Positions 21,883 to 32,275 of a stretch of 64,000 nt of DNA are shown here, piece after piece. This DNA comes from Bdellovibrionales bacterium. GTDB taxonomy: Bacteria; Bdellovibrionota; Bdellovibrionia; Bdellovibrionales; UBA1609. The stretch is from NCBI GenBank assembly GCA_965205945.1, contig CBDBIB010000003.1:704394-768393 (forward strand), read 5' to 3'. The notes under the pieces are model-generated. The model was not told the origin of the DNA. It saw only the letters and a list, made by a program, of their open reading frames with translations, and did not search any database. The position numbers and the translations under genes are program-made. Position 1 is the first letter of the stretch, and every line of letters starts with the position of its first letter.

Positions 21883-22511
21883 TCTGGCTACTTTTTGGCC
21901 CTCCAGGTTCAGGTAAAGGAACTCAATCTAAATGTATTCAAGAGTCCTATGGTTTTGATCACTTAAGTACAGGGGATATGTTTAGAAAGCACCTTAAAGA
22001 AAATACCGAGCTTGGAAACAAGGTAAGATCATTTATAGGAGATGGAAATTTAGTTCCTGATGAACTGGTCATTGAAATGGTAGATAGTGAGTTAAATTTT
22101 AAGAAGGATGTGATATTGGATGGATTTCCACGTACCTTTAAGCAAGGTAAGGCCTTAGCAGCTTTTTTATCAAGTAAAGAGGTTGAAATAGGTGGGGTTA
22201 TTTATTTAGATGTGGAAGAAAAGATTTTATTATCAAGGCTTATGGGTCGTAGAGTATGTAAAGACTGTGGAGAAGTTTACCATATAGAAACAACTTTAAC
22301 AAAAATTAATGGAGTCTGTGATAACTGTGGTGGTGATATTGAGCAGCGTAATGATGACTCGTTAAAGGTTATTCAACATAGGCTTTCTGTTTATAATGAG
22401 CAAACTAAACCACTAATGGAGTATTATGATAGTTTAGGGCTTTTAAGACATGTAAATGGTCAAGGGTCTTTAAGAGAAGTATTTAAGCGTATTAGAGAGA
22501 TTTTAGATTAG
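21879..22511 (+). CDS. adk: Adenylate kinase (Zn-lid type)
   Basis: GPPGSGKGTQ, LDGFPRT, lid CKDC...CDNC. Confidence 0.98.
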   Translation: MIWLLFGPPGSGKGTQSKCIQESYGFDHLSTGDMFRKHLKENTELGNKVRSFIGDGNLVPDELVIEMVDSELNFKKDVILDGFPRTFKQGKALAAFLSSKEVEIGGVIYLDVEEKILLSRLMGRRVCKDCGEVYHIETTLTKINGVCDNCGGDIEQRNDDSLKVIQHRLSVYNEQTKPLMEYYDSLGLLRHVNGQGSLREVFKRIREILD

Positions 22512-22604
22512 TTGGTTGAAAAAGTTAAAATTTTGACTTGAGAGCTGGACTTATATTTAATCCAATGTTAGTTTTCGGCATTTTGAGCTTTAAAGAGGTA
22601 GAAG

Positions 22605-22718
22605 ATGAAAGTAAGGCCTTCGGTAAAACCGATTTGTAAAAATTGTAAAGTTATTAAAAGAAAAGGGATAGTAAGAGTGATTTGCACAAACCCTAGGCAT
22701 AAACAGAAGCAGGGATAA
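22605..22718 (+). CDS. rpmJ: 50S ribosomal protein L36 (Zn-binding type; not in the ORF track)
   Basis: Read from sequence: [37 protein letters not shown], preceded by GAGG. Confidence 0.98.
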   Translation: MKVRPSVKPICKNCKVIKRKGIVRVICTNPRHKQKQG

Positions 22719-22722
22719 TAAT

Positions 22723-23091
22723 ATGGCTCGTATTGTAGGTGTTGATTTACCTAAAAACAAAAGAATGGAAATTGCTTTAACATATATATATGGTTTGGGT
22801 ACAACTTTAGCTAAGAAAATCTGTAAAAAAGCAAAGTTTTCAGCTTCTTTAAGAACTGATGACTTAACAGATGATCAACTTAAAGTGCTAAGAGAAATTC
22901 TTGATGAAAATTACAAAGTTGAAGGTGATCTAAGGCGTGAGGTTGGTCTTTCAATTAAGAGGCTTATGGATTTAGGTTGTTATAGAGGTTTAAGGCATAG
23001 AAGAGGTCTTCCTGTAAGAGGTCAGTCTACAAGACAGAACGCTCGCACAAGAAAAGGCCCAAAGAAAACAGTTGCTAATAAAAAGAAATAA
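22723..23091 (+). CDS. rpsM: 30S ribosomal protein S13
   Basis: [25 protein letters not shown]. Confidence 0.99.
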   Translation: MARIVGVDLPKNKRMEIALTYIYGLGTTLAKKICKKAKFSASLRTDDLTDDQLKVLREILDENYKVEGDLRREVGLSIKRLMDLGCYRGLRHRRGLPVRGQSTRQNARTRKGPKKTVANKKK

Positions 23092-23105
23092 ATAAAGGTT
23101 AGAAA

Positions 23106-23492
23106 ATGGCTGGAAAGAAAACGACTAAGAAAAAAGTTAAAAAGAATGTGCCTTCAGGCAGGTGCTATATTGCGGCTGGTTTTGGAAATACAATTATCAC
23201 TGTAACCGATCCTGCTGGTAATGCTATTGCATGGTCGAATGCTGGTGGAATGGGATTTAAAGGTAGTCGTAAAGGCACCCCTTATGCAGCACAGGTTACT
23301 ATGGAGGACGCCATTAAAAAAGCTAAAGATCAAGGTCTTAAATCAGTAGATGTTTTCTTGTCTGGTCCCGGTGCAGGTAGAGAGCCTGCTCTTAGAGCCT
23401 TGGGAGCATTAGGAGTTAGAGTTTCTTCTTTTAGAGATACAACTCCGGTTCCACATAATGGATGCCGTCCACCGAAACGTAGAAGAATTTAA
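23106..23492 (+). CDS. rpsK: 30S ribosomal protein S11
   Basis: [26 protein letters not shown]. Confidence 0.99.
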   Translation: MAGKKTTKKKVKKNVPSGRCYIAAGFGNTIITVTDPAGNAIAWSNAGGMGFKGSRKGTPYAAQVTMEDAIKKAKDQGLKSVDVFLSGPGAGREPALRALGALGVRVSSFRDTTPVPHNGCRPPKRRRI

Positions 23493-23542
23493 GATTATTT
23501 TTTTGATAAAATACAAAAATTGCACTTTAAGGAGAAACTAAG

Positions 23543-24619
23543 ATGCAGCCTCATTATTACAAATTTTGGAGAGATTTAATAGCTCCACAAGGGTTTGAAC
23601 AAACAGGATCAAAAGTAACTGGTGTTTACGGGAAATTTATGATTAAACCTTTAGAAAAAGGTTATGGAGTTACTCTTGGTAATTCTCTTAGAAGAGTTCT
23701 TTTAAGCTCAATGATGGGGTCAGCTGTTAAAGCTGTTAAGTTTGAAGGTGTTCTTCATGAGTTTAGTACAATTCCAGATGTAATGGAAGATGTTACCGAT
23801 ATTATTTTAAATTTTAAAGAACTTAGATTTAAGCAGCATGATGCAGATATAAAATCTTTAAAAATTTTTAAAAAAGGATCAGGTGCTGTTACTGGTGCTG
23901 ATGTTCAAGAAGTTACTGGGATTGAGGTTTTAAACCCAGAGCAACATATTGCTACTTTAGGAAAGAATGCTACTTTTGAAGCTGAAATTTTAGTTGAATT
24001 TGGTAGAGGTTATGTTGCAGCTGAAGCGAATAATAATTTAGACCTTCCAACAGGATTCATTCCAGTAGATTCATTGCATAGCGCTGTTAGGAAAGTAAAC
24101 TACAGAGTTACAGATGCCCGCGTTGGCCAAAGAACTGATTATGACTCTCTTGAAATTGAAGTTTGGACGGATGGATCCTTAAAACCAGATGAAGTTATTT
24201 CTCTGGCTGCAAAAATTTTAAAAGAACAGCTTCAAATTTTTGTTACATTTGATGAAGATATTGAACCTGTAGAGACAAAAGAAACTTCAGCTTCCCCAGA
24301 GTTAAACAATAATCTATTTAGATCTGTAGATGATTTAGAGCTTTCAGTAAGAAGCGCAAACTGTCTTAAGAATGCGAACATTAGATTTATTGGTGAATTG
24401 GTAACTAAGAGTGAAGGCGAAATGTTAAAAACTAAGAATTTTGGTAGAAAATCATTAAATGAAATTAAAGATATTTTAATAAAAATGGGTTTAAATCTTG
24501 GAATGAAAGTTGAAGGGTGGCCGCCTTTAGATTGGGATCCAAATACTGCACAAGCATATGTTCCTCCTCAAATAGATAGTGCTGCTGTAGGCGTGGTTAA
24601 GCCTGAGGAAATGAATTAA
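23543..24619 (+). CDS. rpoA: RNA polymerase subunit alpha
   Basis: [42 protein letters not shown]. Confidence 0.99.
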   Translation: MQPHYYKFWRDLIAPQGFEQTGSKVTGVYGKFMIKPLEKGYGVTLGNSLRRVLLSSMMGSAVKAVKFEGVLHEFSTIPDVMEDVTDIILNFKELRFKQHDADIKSLKIFKKGSGAVTGADVQEVTGIEVLNPEQHIATLGKNATFEAEILVEFGRGYVAAEANNNLDLPTGFIPVDSLHSAVRKVNYRVTDARVGQRTDYDSLEIEVWTDGSLKPDEVISLAAKILKEQLQIFVTFDEDIEPVETKETSASPELNNNLFRSVDDLELSVRSANCLKNANIRFIGELVTKSEGEMLKTKNFGRKSLNEIKDILIKMGLNLGMKVEGWPPLDWDPNTAQAYVPPQIDSAAVGVVKPEEMN

Positions 24620-24661
24620 TTAGGTAGATGTTTTTTTAAATATAATTTTTGGAGATTAGTC

Positions 24662-25168
24662 ATGAGACATAAGGTTATGAAGAAACATTTTGGTAGAAGA
24701 AATGGGCCCAAAAAAGCTCTGATTAAAGGCTTAGTAGAGTCTTTAGTTAGAGATGAGAGAATAAAAACTACTCTTTCTAAAGCAAAAGAGCTTAGAAAGC
24801 ATGTTGAAAAAGCTATTACAAAAGGTAAATCAGGAACAGTACATGCAAGGCGTGTAATTCTTAGTAAGTACTCAAATAAAAACACTATGGAAAAAATTGT
24901 AGATGTTTTATCTGTGCGATTTAAGGAGCGCCCAGGCGGGTACACAAGAATTAGAAAACTAGGTAGCAGAGTGGGTGATCAAGCACCGATAGCATATATT
25001 GAGTTTGTTGATTATGTACCTCCGGTTAAAGATGAGAAATGGGTACAGGAGAATGAAAAAAGAGTGCAAGAAGAAAAAGCATTATCAGTGAAAAGAGCGG
25101 ATAAACTTAGATCTAGTAAAAGAAAAATCCAATGTAAAAGTAGAAGTTATAATTTTACTAAAACTTAG
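24662..25168 (+). CDS. rplQ: 50S ribosomal protein L17 with a basic C-terminal extension
   Basis: MRH, IKTTLSKAKELR, RPGGYTRI. Confidence 0.98.
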   Translation: MRHKVMKKHFGRRNGPKKALIKGLVESLVRDERIKTTLSKAKELRKHVEKAITKGKSGTVHARRVILSKYSNKNTMEKIVDVLSVRFKERPGGYTRIRKLGSRVGDQAPIAYIEFVDYVPPVKDEKWVQENEKRVQEEKALSVKRADKLRSSKRKIQCKSRSYNFTKT

Positions 25169-25566
25169 TAAAATTCAGGAGTAAATGAGCTTTATCAATA
25201 AGTGTAGAGTATAACTAAACCTTGTGCTTGGTTTTATGAAAAAACCCGTACTAGGCAGATAATATCAATTTTTTTCGTAATGACTAGAAAGCAGGCTCTA
25301 ATTTTTTGCTACTTTCTGCTTTTTTTAAAAGCTATGAAAAAACTTGCGCTAAACCCTGTTTTCTAGATTAAAACTTAATTCTTTTATCTATTATTTATAC
25401 GTATTCTAAAGGCTATATTAAAGGAAATATTTTAACTCAGAATAAATGGAGTAAATCTAGTATCTTAGGAGTTTATAGTTTAAAACGGTTAAAATAAAAT
25501 ATTGTTTTAAGACAAATTAGAAAGTATTTCTGGCTAAATAGGCTAAGATCAAAGAAAATATAAAGT

Positions 25567-25830
25567 ATGAGTATTAAAAAGCACGGTTTTTTATTTTTTC
25601 TAAAAATATTAAGTATAGTAATATTTTTTGTTATTAATCTAAGTTTTGCTCAAGCTAATAAAGATATTGTTTCTTTATCATTTACAGAGGCAAGACAAAG
25701 TATTGCTGAGCTTAAAAAATCTTTAGCTGCAGCTAAAGGTGATAAAAGAGGTAAAATTATTAAAAAAATTGCTGAACTTGAGAACAAAATTTTAGAAAAA
25801 GATTTAGGTTCTTTTAAGAAACCTTATTAA
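25567..25830 (+). CDS. Small secreted hypothetical protein
   Basis: Signal-peptide-like N-terminus (SFA/Q), helical body. Confidence 0.5.
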   Translation: MSIKKHGFLFFLKILSIVIFFVINLSFAQANKDIVSLSFTEARQSIAELKKSLAAAKGDKRGKIIKKIAELENKILEKDLGSFKKPY

Positions 25831-25909
25831 AAAGGTTTCTTTCCTTTGCTCAAAACCTTATAATTAGATAGTTTAAAGCCTTTTAGGTATTTATAAATAG
25901 GGGTTTTTA

Positions 25910-28441
25910 GTGCTTAAGTCAGGTAGCAATAGTAAAGATTTAGATCAACCAAAGCTGACACCATTAATGAAGCAGTATGGAGCTATTAAAAAACAGCACC
26001 AGGATAAGCTTTTGCTTTTTCGAATGGGTGATTTTTATGAGCTTTTTAATCAAGATGCAAAGATAGCGTCTGAAGTTTTAAATATTACGCTTACAAAAAG
26101 GAATAAAAAAGCAGGGGATGATACGTTTATGTGCGGATTTCCACACCATGCAATGGAATCACCTGTAAATAAACTTCTTAATGCAGGTTACTGTGTAGCT
26201 ATTTGTGATCAGTTAGAAGCCCCCTGTGAAGCAAAGGGTATAGTTAAAAGAGGGGTGACACTATTGTTGTCTCCAGGAGTTGTTTTTAATACCAATTTAT
26301 TAGAGGCAGATGCACATCATTATATTTTATCTTTTGATAGTCAAAGGGCTTGTTGGATAGATTCTTCCACAGGAAAGGCTTATTTTAGAAAAATAAAATC
26401 ACTTTATGAGGTTAAAGATTTAATTTTAAAAATTCAACCGAAAGAAATTTTGTGTTTAGATTCTGATAAATTTAAAGTGTGTTCTTTTTATAAAGGTCTT
26501 AAGCAAAACGTTTCAGGAAGCCCTTTTGAGAAAAAAGTTCTTTCAAAAGACTCTCGAAAAACTCTACTTAACTATTTAGAGTATATGCAAGGTGAAGGGG
26601 CTTCTTTTGGTTTTACTAAATGGATTGAAGTAAAAAATGATGAGAGTCTAGGGCTTAACGTACATTTTTTTAAACATATAGAAGTTTTTAAATCAAATGA
26701 AGGTGATAAGCAAAAAAGTTTATTTAATGCCATTAAAAAAACAAAAACTCCTGGAGGGACAAGGCTTTTAAGACATTGGCTTCAGACACCATTAGTAAAT
26801 CTTGATAAGATTAAGGAGCGTCAAGGATCTATTTATAAATGGAAAGAGGACTATACAAAACTTATGAGCTTTAGAGAGGAGCTTTTTTTTGTTGGTGATA
26901 TTGAAAGACGTGTTGCAAGAGCAGGGCATCCTTTAGGAGCACCACAGGATTTGCTAAGGCTTAGAAGGTCGTTAGAGGCCTTTTTAGAAAGCTTTAAAGA
27001 GCTTTATTTTCAGGGTTTAAATGATGTGGTAGAGGTTAAAAATCTTTTAACCTCCTCTATTGAAGAGGATCCTGTAGGTCAATGGCAAACAAAAGGTGGT
27101 TACCTTAAAAAAGGGTTTTCTAAAGATTTAGATAAATTAATAGATATAGCCTCAGGAGCTCAGAAAGAGGTTAATGATCTTGAAGAAAAAGAAAGAAAAG
27201 CAACTGGAATTTTAAGTCTTAAGATTAGATTTAATAATGTTTTTGGGTTTTATATTGAAATTTCAAAAAGTCATAAAGGGCAGGTTCCCCAATATTATGT
27301 TAGAAAACAAACACTAACTAATGCTGAACGGTATACAACTCAAGATTTATCGATATTAGAAGAAAAAGTTTTATCAGCTAAAACGAAAAGAATTCTTTTA
27401 GAAAAAGAGGTTTATGCTAAGATAAAAGAACAAATTTGTTCTAATTTAAAAGCACTTAAAAGTGCTTGCGATATGTGCAGCCTGGAGGATGTTTATTCTT
27501 CAATGGCTTATCTGTGTTTTGAAAAGAATTATTCTATTCCTGAGTTTAAGGGCTTTAAGAATTTAGAAGTTAAAGGTGGGTTTCATCCTGTTGTTGTTGA
27601 TGAGTTGATTCAGTCTGAAAAACAAGGGTTTATTACAAATGAATTGAGCTTAAATGAGGAAAATAAGTTTTTCTTAATTACAGGCCCTAATATGGCGGGA
27701 AAGAGTACGATGATGAGACAAGTTGTTATTATTGCATATCTTGCTCAATGTGGGTTAGTTGTTCCTGCTGAATCAGCAAGCCTTCCAATTTATGACAGTA
27801 TTTTTACTCGAGTAGGAGCTTCGGATGTTTTATCCGAAGGACTTTCTACTTTTATGGTTGAAATGAAAGAAACTGCAGATATTTTAAAAAATGCTACATC
27901 TAAAAGTTTATTAATTCTTGATGAGATTGGAAGAGGTACAAGTAGTAGTGACGGTTTAGCACTTGCTCAAGGTATAATGAATTATATTGTTTCAAAGATT
28001 AATTGCCATACTTTGTTTGCTACACATTATCATGAGTTAACAGGGGTTTTTTCTAATGAAAAAAAGCTCCATAATATACATATGGGTTATTCTAAAAAAG
28101 ATGATCAGATTGTTTTTACATACAAAATTAAAAAAGGAGCTTCTCAAAAATCTTATGGTATTGAAGTTGCAAGACTTGCAGGGCTTCCTGAAGAGGTTGT
28201 TCTAGAAGCTAAAGAGTTTTCAGGAAAAAATCCTAATTTAGAGTCTTTAAAAATATGCCCTCAAGTTGAAGAAACTCTTTCTACTTCATTTAAAAATAGA
28301 CAGCTTGAGCTCTCATTAGAGACTTCTGAGCAAATAAAAACAAAAAAAGTTATCAAAGAGTTATTAGAAATTGATTCTCTTAAAATGACCCCGCTAGAAG
28401 CTCTAACAAAGATTACTATGTGGAAAGACAATTTTTTATAG
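25910..28441 (+). CDS. mutS: DNA mismatch repair protein MutS
   Basis: TPLMKQY, FRMGDFYELF, TGPNMAGKST, STFMVEM, LDEIGRGT, FATHYHEL, SYGIEVARLAGLP. Confidence 0.98.
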   Translation: MLKSGSNSKDLDQPKLTPLMKQYGAIKKQHQDKLLLFRMGDFYELFNQDAKIASEVLNITLTKRNKKAGDDTFMCGFPHHAMESPVNKLLNAGYCVAICDQLEAPCEAKGIVKRGVTLLLSPGVVFNTNLLEADAHHYILSFDSQRACWIDSSTGKAYFRKIKSLYEVKDLILKIQPKEILCLDSDKFKVCSFYKGLKQNVSGSPFEKKVLSKDSRKTLLNYLEYMQGEGASFGFTKWIEVKNDESLGLNVHFFKHIEVFKSNEGDKQKSLFNAIKKTKTPGGTRLLRHWLQTPLVNLDKIKERQGSIYKWKEDYTKLMSFREELFFVGDIERRVARAGHPLGAPQDLLRLRRSLEAFLESFKELYFQGLNDVVEVKNLLTSSIEEDPVGQWQTKGGYLKKGFSKDLDKLIDIASGAQKEVNDLEEKERKATGILSLKIRFNNVFGFYIEISKSHKGQVPQYYVRKQTLTNAERYTTQDLSILEEKVLSAKTKRILLEKEVYAKIKEQICSNLKALKSACDMCSLEDVYSSMAYLCFEKNYSIPEFKGFKNLEVKGGFHPVVVDELIQSEKQGFITNELSLNEENKFFLITGPNMAGKSTMMRQVVIIAYLAQCGLVVPAESASLPIYDSIFTRVGASDVLSEGLSTFMVEMKETADILKNATSKSLLILDEIGRGTSSSDGLALAQGIMNYIVSKINCHTLFATHYHELTGVFSNEKKLHNIHMGYSKKDDQIVFTYKIKKGASQKSYGIEVARLAGLPEEVVLEAKEFSGKNPNLESLKICPQVEETLSTSFKNRQLELSLETSEQIKTKKVIKELLEIDSLKMTPLEALTKITMWKDNFL

Positions 28442-28669
28442 CAGAGGCCTATTTAGAGTGTTTTTTTAAAAAAAACCAGACTAGCCTGTTTTTTAATTAT
28501 AAACAGGTCATTGTGTAAGTATTTGTAATAATTATAAAAAAATAATTTTTTTTGGCTTCCGTCTAGGTTTTTAAAATAGTCGGATTAAGGGCTTGCAACA
28601 AAACTTAATTCTTGCAAAAATTTATAGTGTAGTTTCAAGGTTGGAACTACACTATACAAGGGAGCAAGG

Positions 28670-29056
28670 ATGCTAAGAGAAGTGTTGTTAAAAGAAGGTT
28701 TGTCAAACCGTGAAACAGAAGTTGCCGAACTAGTTACTCAAGGCCTTTCAAATAAAGAAGTTTCAAATAGATTATTTGTAACTGAAAAAACAGTGAAGTT
28801 TCACCTTACAAATATTTATAAAAAAATGAATGTTAAGTCGCGTGCACAGCTTATTGTTTGGTGCTTACCTAACATGACTTTTGTTGAGAGAAAAGAGCAG
28901 AGCCAGGGTGTACAAGATATTAATTCTAGTAATAAAAGTAGTGGTTTAGGTCCAATTCCTGCAGGGCATGCGCCACTAAATTCTGAAGTAGATACACAAT
29001 CTGAACAAGCTAACAACATTATAGCAGGTCAGTTTAATAATAAATCTACTAAATAA
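28670..29056 (+). CDS. Solo LuxR-family HTH regulator
   Basis: LSNRETEVAELVTQGLSNKEV...VTEKTVKFHLTNIYKK; no receiver domain; low-complexity tail. Confidence 0.9.
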   Translation: MLREVLLKEGLSNRETEVAELVTQGLSNKEVSNRLFVTEKTVKFHLTNIYKKMNVKSRAQLIVWCLPNMTFVERKEQSQGVQDINSSNKSSGLGPIPAGHAPLNSEVDTQSEQANNIIAGQFNNKSTK

Positions 29057-29077
29057 AATATTAATCTAGGAGCTTTG

Positions 29078-29590
29078 ATGTCTCAAAGCATAGGCAAAAG
29101 AGGGACCCCAAAAGCCTCCAGTGTGATAATGACAGAGCTTGTTTTGCCCTACCACACAAACTCTTTAAATAGTGTCTTTGGTGGTACGATCATGTCTTGG
29201 GTTGATATAGCAGCTGCTATATCTGCGGGAAAGCACTGTAAGAAAGATGTTGTGACAGCTAGTATAGACGCCCTACACTTTATTACCCCGGCATATGTTG
29301 GTTGGGTTGTTGAAGTTTATGCACGGGTTAATTATGTTTTTAAAACTTCAGTTGAAGTAGGTGTCAGAGTGGAGTCTATAGCTCCTAAAGCTGGAAGACG
29401 AGTTCATACAGCATCAGCTTATCTAACATTTGTAGCATTGGATGACTTAGGTAAGGCTACGCTTGCCCCAGAATTAAAACTTGAAACAGAGGAAGATAAA
29501 AAAAGAGCTCAAAAAGCAGTTGCTCGTAGAGAGTATAGAATACTTCAAAAACAAGAAATTTTAAAAAAGAATAGGTTTTTAGTAGAATAA
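29078..29590 (+). CDS. Acyl-CoA thioesterase (hot-dog fold, YciA-like)
   Basis: NSLNSVFGGTIMSWVD, VVTASID, TSVEVGV, AYLTFVALD. Confidence 0.9.
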   Translation: MSQSIGKRGTPKASSVIMTELVLPYHTNSLNSVFGGTIMSWVDIAAAISAGKHCKKDVVTASIDALHFITPAYVGWVVEVYARVNYVFKTSVEVGVRVESIAPKAGRRVHTASAYLTFVALDDLGKATLAPELKLETEEDKKRAQKAVARREYRILQKQEILKKNRFLVE

Positions 29591-29686
29591 AAATCTTTCC
29601 AAGTTATTGTACATGAGTGTTTAACCTAGATTAAAGGTTTAAAAAATCATATGTAACAATGCTTTTAAAAAGTGCATACCCAGGTA

Positions 29687-30691
29687 TTATATAAAATCTA
29701 TAAAGGATTTATGAATAGTAGAAGAAGCTGATTGAAGTAGTTTTTCTATAAGTTTTTTCTTCTCTTCATGCTCAAGAAGAAAGATTTCATGGGTTTTATT
29801 AAGGTTTAAAAGATAATCTTCACTTGTTTTAATCTCATCAATAAGGCCTAAGTTTACAGCGTCTTCACCAAACCAATATTCACCAGTGCCAATTTTTTCC
29901 ATATCAAGATTTGGTCTGTATTTATTTACAAACTTTTTAAATAAATTATGAATTTGTTCAAGTTGATCTATAAATTTTTCTCGTCCTTCTTGGGTATTTT
30001 CTCCAAACATAGTTAAAGTACGTTTGTATTTACCAGCTGTTAGAACGTCATAGTCGATGTTATTCTTTTTTAAAAGCTTATTAAAGTTTGGCATTCCAGC
30101 AACAACTCCAATGGAACCTACTATAGCAAAAGGAGCTGCAATGATTTTATTTGCAACACAAGACATCAGGTAGCCACCACTTGCAGCTACTTTGTCAACA
30201 GCAACAGTAAGGTTTAAATTTGCATCTCTAAGTCTTGAAAGTTCGGAAGCAGCTAGTCCGTAGCCAGAAACCATGCCCCCAGGGCTTTCTAGTCTTATAA
30301 GAACATTATCTTTTAAAGGATCTGCAAGATTTATAACTTGTGTTACACATTTTCTTAAAGATTCAGCTGCAGAAGCCTTAATATCACCATTAAAATCAAG
30401 GATAAAAAGTTTTTTATTTTTCTTATTTTTAAATTTCTTTTCGTTTTTTTGTTCAGTTTTAAAAAGCTTTTTAGCGCTCTTATCTGAAAGCATGTCTTTA
30501 TTAAGCTCTTTTCTAAGTTGAGAGGTTACTTTCTTTATACTCTTAGACAAATTAGTAAGCTTAAAATTCTTTTCAGTAAGCTTACCTTTTAAGGCTAAAC
30601 TTGTAAGAACACTTGCAATTATAATGATTGCTGTAACAATAATAATGGCTTTAGCTAAAAAAACAGCTAAATCTAGTAAAATTTCAAGCAT
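29687..30691 (-). CDS. sohB: Protease SohB (S49 family)
   Basis: FNGDIKAS, LESPGGMVSGYGLAA, VDKVAASGGYLM, TAGKYKRTLT. Confidence 0.95.
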   Translation of the reverse strand: MLEILLDLAVFLAKAIIIVTAIIIIASVLTSLALKGKLTEKNFKLTNLSKSIKKVTSQLRKELNKDMLSDKSAKKLFKTEQKNEKKFKNKKNKKLFILDFNGDIKASAAESLRKCVTQVINLADPLKDNVLIRLESPGGMVSGYGLAASELSRLRDANLNLTVAVDKVAASGGYLMSCVANKIIAAPFAIVGSIGVVAGMPNFNKLLKKNNIDYDVLTAGKYKRTLTMFGENTQEGREKFIDQLEQIHNLFKKFVNKYRPNLDMEKIGTGEYWFGEDAVNLGLIDEIKTSEDYLLNLNKTHEIFLLEHEEKKKLIEKLLQSASSTIHKSFIDFI

Positions 30692-30773
30692 ATAAGCTCC
30701 TTTAGTATGGACAAAAGTGGATCAAAATTACCATTAGGCTGGAATCAAAACAAGGTTTGATGTAATATAGGCT

Positions 30774-31187
30774 ATGTTAAGAGTACAAAGTTTTTTCTAT
30801 GTATTTTTTTTCTGTCTATGTTTTCCGCAAAATTCGTGGTCTATTCATTTTGATTTTTATAAACAAAAACAGAAAAAAAAAGAGCTTAAGCTAGAGCGAG
30901 AGTATGGGGCTAAAGCAAAAATAAAAAATAGAAAGAAAACAATTAAGGTGAAAGAAAAAAATAGAGAGGCTTATTCAAAAAAACGTTTAAAAATGACTAA
31001 AGAAAAGACATCTAGAGAAAAGATGTTTAATAAAGATTTAGCTAAAAAAGAAAAGTATAAGAACCTTAAAGTTCATCAAGCAAATGAATATGCAAAAAAA
31101 AGAAGGAGAAAAAAAAATAACTTAAGCTGGAAAGAGCAAAATCTTGAATATGGAATAATTCTTCCAAAACAATCTGACAAGAATTAG
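30774..31187 (+). CDS. Lys-rich secreted hypothetical protein
   Basis: Hydrophobic N-terminus followed by a highly basic coiled-coil-like body. Confidence 0.5.
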   Translation: MLRVQSFFYVFFFCLCFPQNSWSIHFDFYKQKQKKKELKLEREYGAKAKIKNRKKTIKVKEKNREAYSKKRLKMTKEKTSREKMFNKDLAKKEKYKNLKVHQANEYAKKRRRKKNNLSWKEQNLEYGIILPKQSDKN

Positions 31188-31188
31188 C

Positions 31189-31893
31189 TTATTGTTTAAT
31201 GAGTTCTTCTTGGCTTAGGCCTGTGTGTTTTTTTAAGTCTTTAAAGAGCTGAAAGAGTGTAAAAGCTAAAAAGATCATCATAGGAAGTCCAATTGCAACC
31301 ATACCAAGCCATGTCATTTGAGAGATTTGACTGTTTAAAATAATAGCCTTGTCTTCATCTGATGCTTTTAAAGGAGCAGGGGAAAATATATATAAGGCTA
31401 GGACAAAATTTAAAATTGAGCTTAAAAAAAATGAGGCAGCAAAAAAGTTGTTAGCCTTAATATATGAGTTATGAACTTGTGTGGTTTTATTTTGTTCAAA
31501 AGCTTTTGCTTCAATAAGATCCATTTTTAAAAAACCACTCATAGATATAAAAGTTTTAAAAAATGGTTTATTCTTTATAGTGGAAATATAAACACCAATT
31601 CCAAGTATTGCAGGCATAGCAGCTTCTTTTATTGCAAACCAAAACCCATCTAGTTGAAATACTGCCAGTAGTCCTGTTATAAGAGTGTTTGCAATTCCTA
31701 ATATAGAAAAATAATTTGTTTTAGAATTTTTAAAAAAATCCCATAAACCGTAAGTTAAAGGAAATATAAGCGCAGCTAAAAGAGCCCAAAAAGCCTTATT
31801 CTCTCCAGGAAAAAGGCTTGTTTTGTTTAAGATAAATACTGGTATAAGGATATTTGCTAATAGATTTATAAGGGGGTTTTCTTTTTTTTGCAT
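31189..31893 (-). CDS. Membrane protein (VC0807/IspA-like family)
   Basis: NILIPVFILNK, WFAIKEAAMP, SFFLSSILNFVLA; multiple TM segments. Confidence 0.7.
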   Translation of the reverse strand: MQKKENPLINLLANILIPVFILNKTSLFPGENKAFWALLAALIFPLTYGLWDFFKNSKTNYFSILGIANTLITGLLAVFQLDGFWFAIKEAAMPAILGIGVYISTIKNKPFFKTFISMSGFLKMDLIEAKAFEQNKTTQVHNSYIKANNFFAASFFLSSILNFVLALYIFSPAPLKASDEDKAIILNSQISQMTWLGMVAIGLPMMIFLAFTLFQLFKDLKKHTGLSQEELIKQ

Positions 31894-32275
31894 AAGAGGT
31901 TTAAAATCTCAAAAAAAAACAAGACCTGCAATCTAAAAAGGATTTATTTTAAAGCTCAATCTTCTTGCATAAGGCGGTTAAAACTTTAAACAAAAAATAT
32001 GAGTAAGTAGATTATTAAGGCCTTTTTAAATAGAAACAAAGGGAGAAAGAGACTTAATAACAATTTTATAAAAAAAACTTCCTTAAATTAATATGGTTAT
32101 TAAAATAACAAGTGTTTTTAGAGTTTTTTTTATTAGCAAGAGCCCTTTTTTCTGTATGAAGCCTTAATCTAAAAGGCCATCTTTAATTATAATAACGGCT
32201 TTAAATGGTTAATACTTCACAGTTTTAAATACGTTATTGGGATTTAAAGATAGGTGAACTAATGTTTTATACCTT

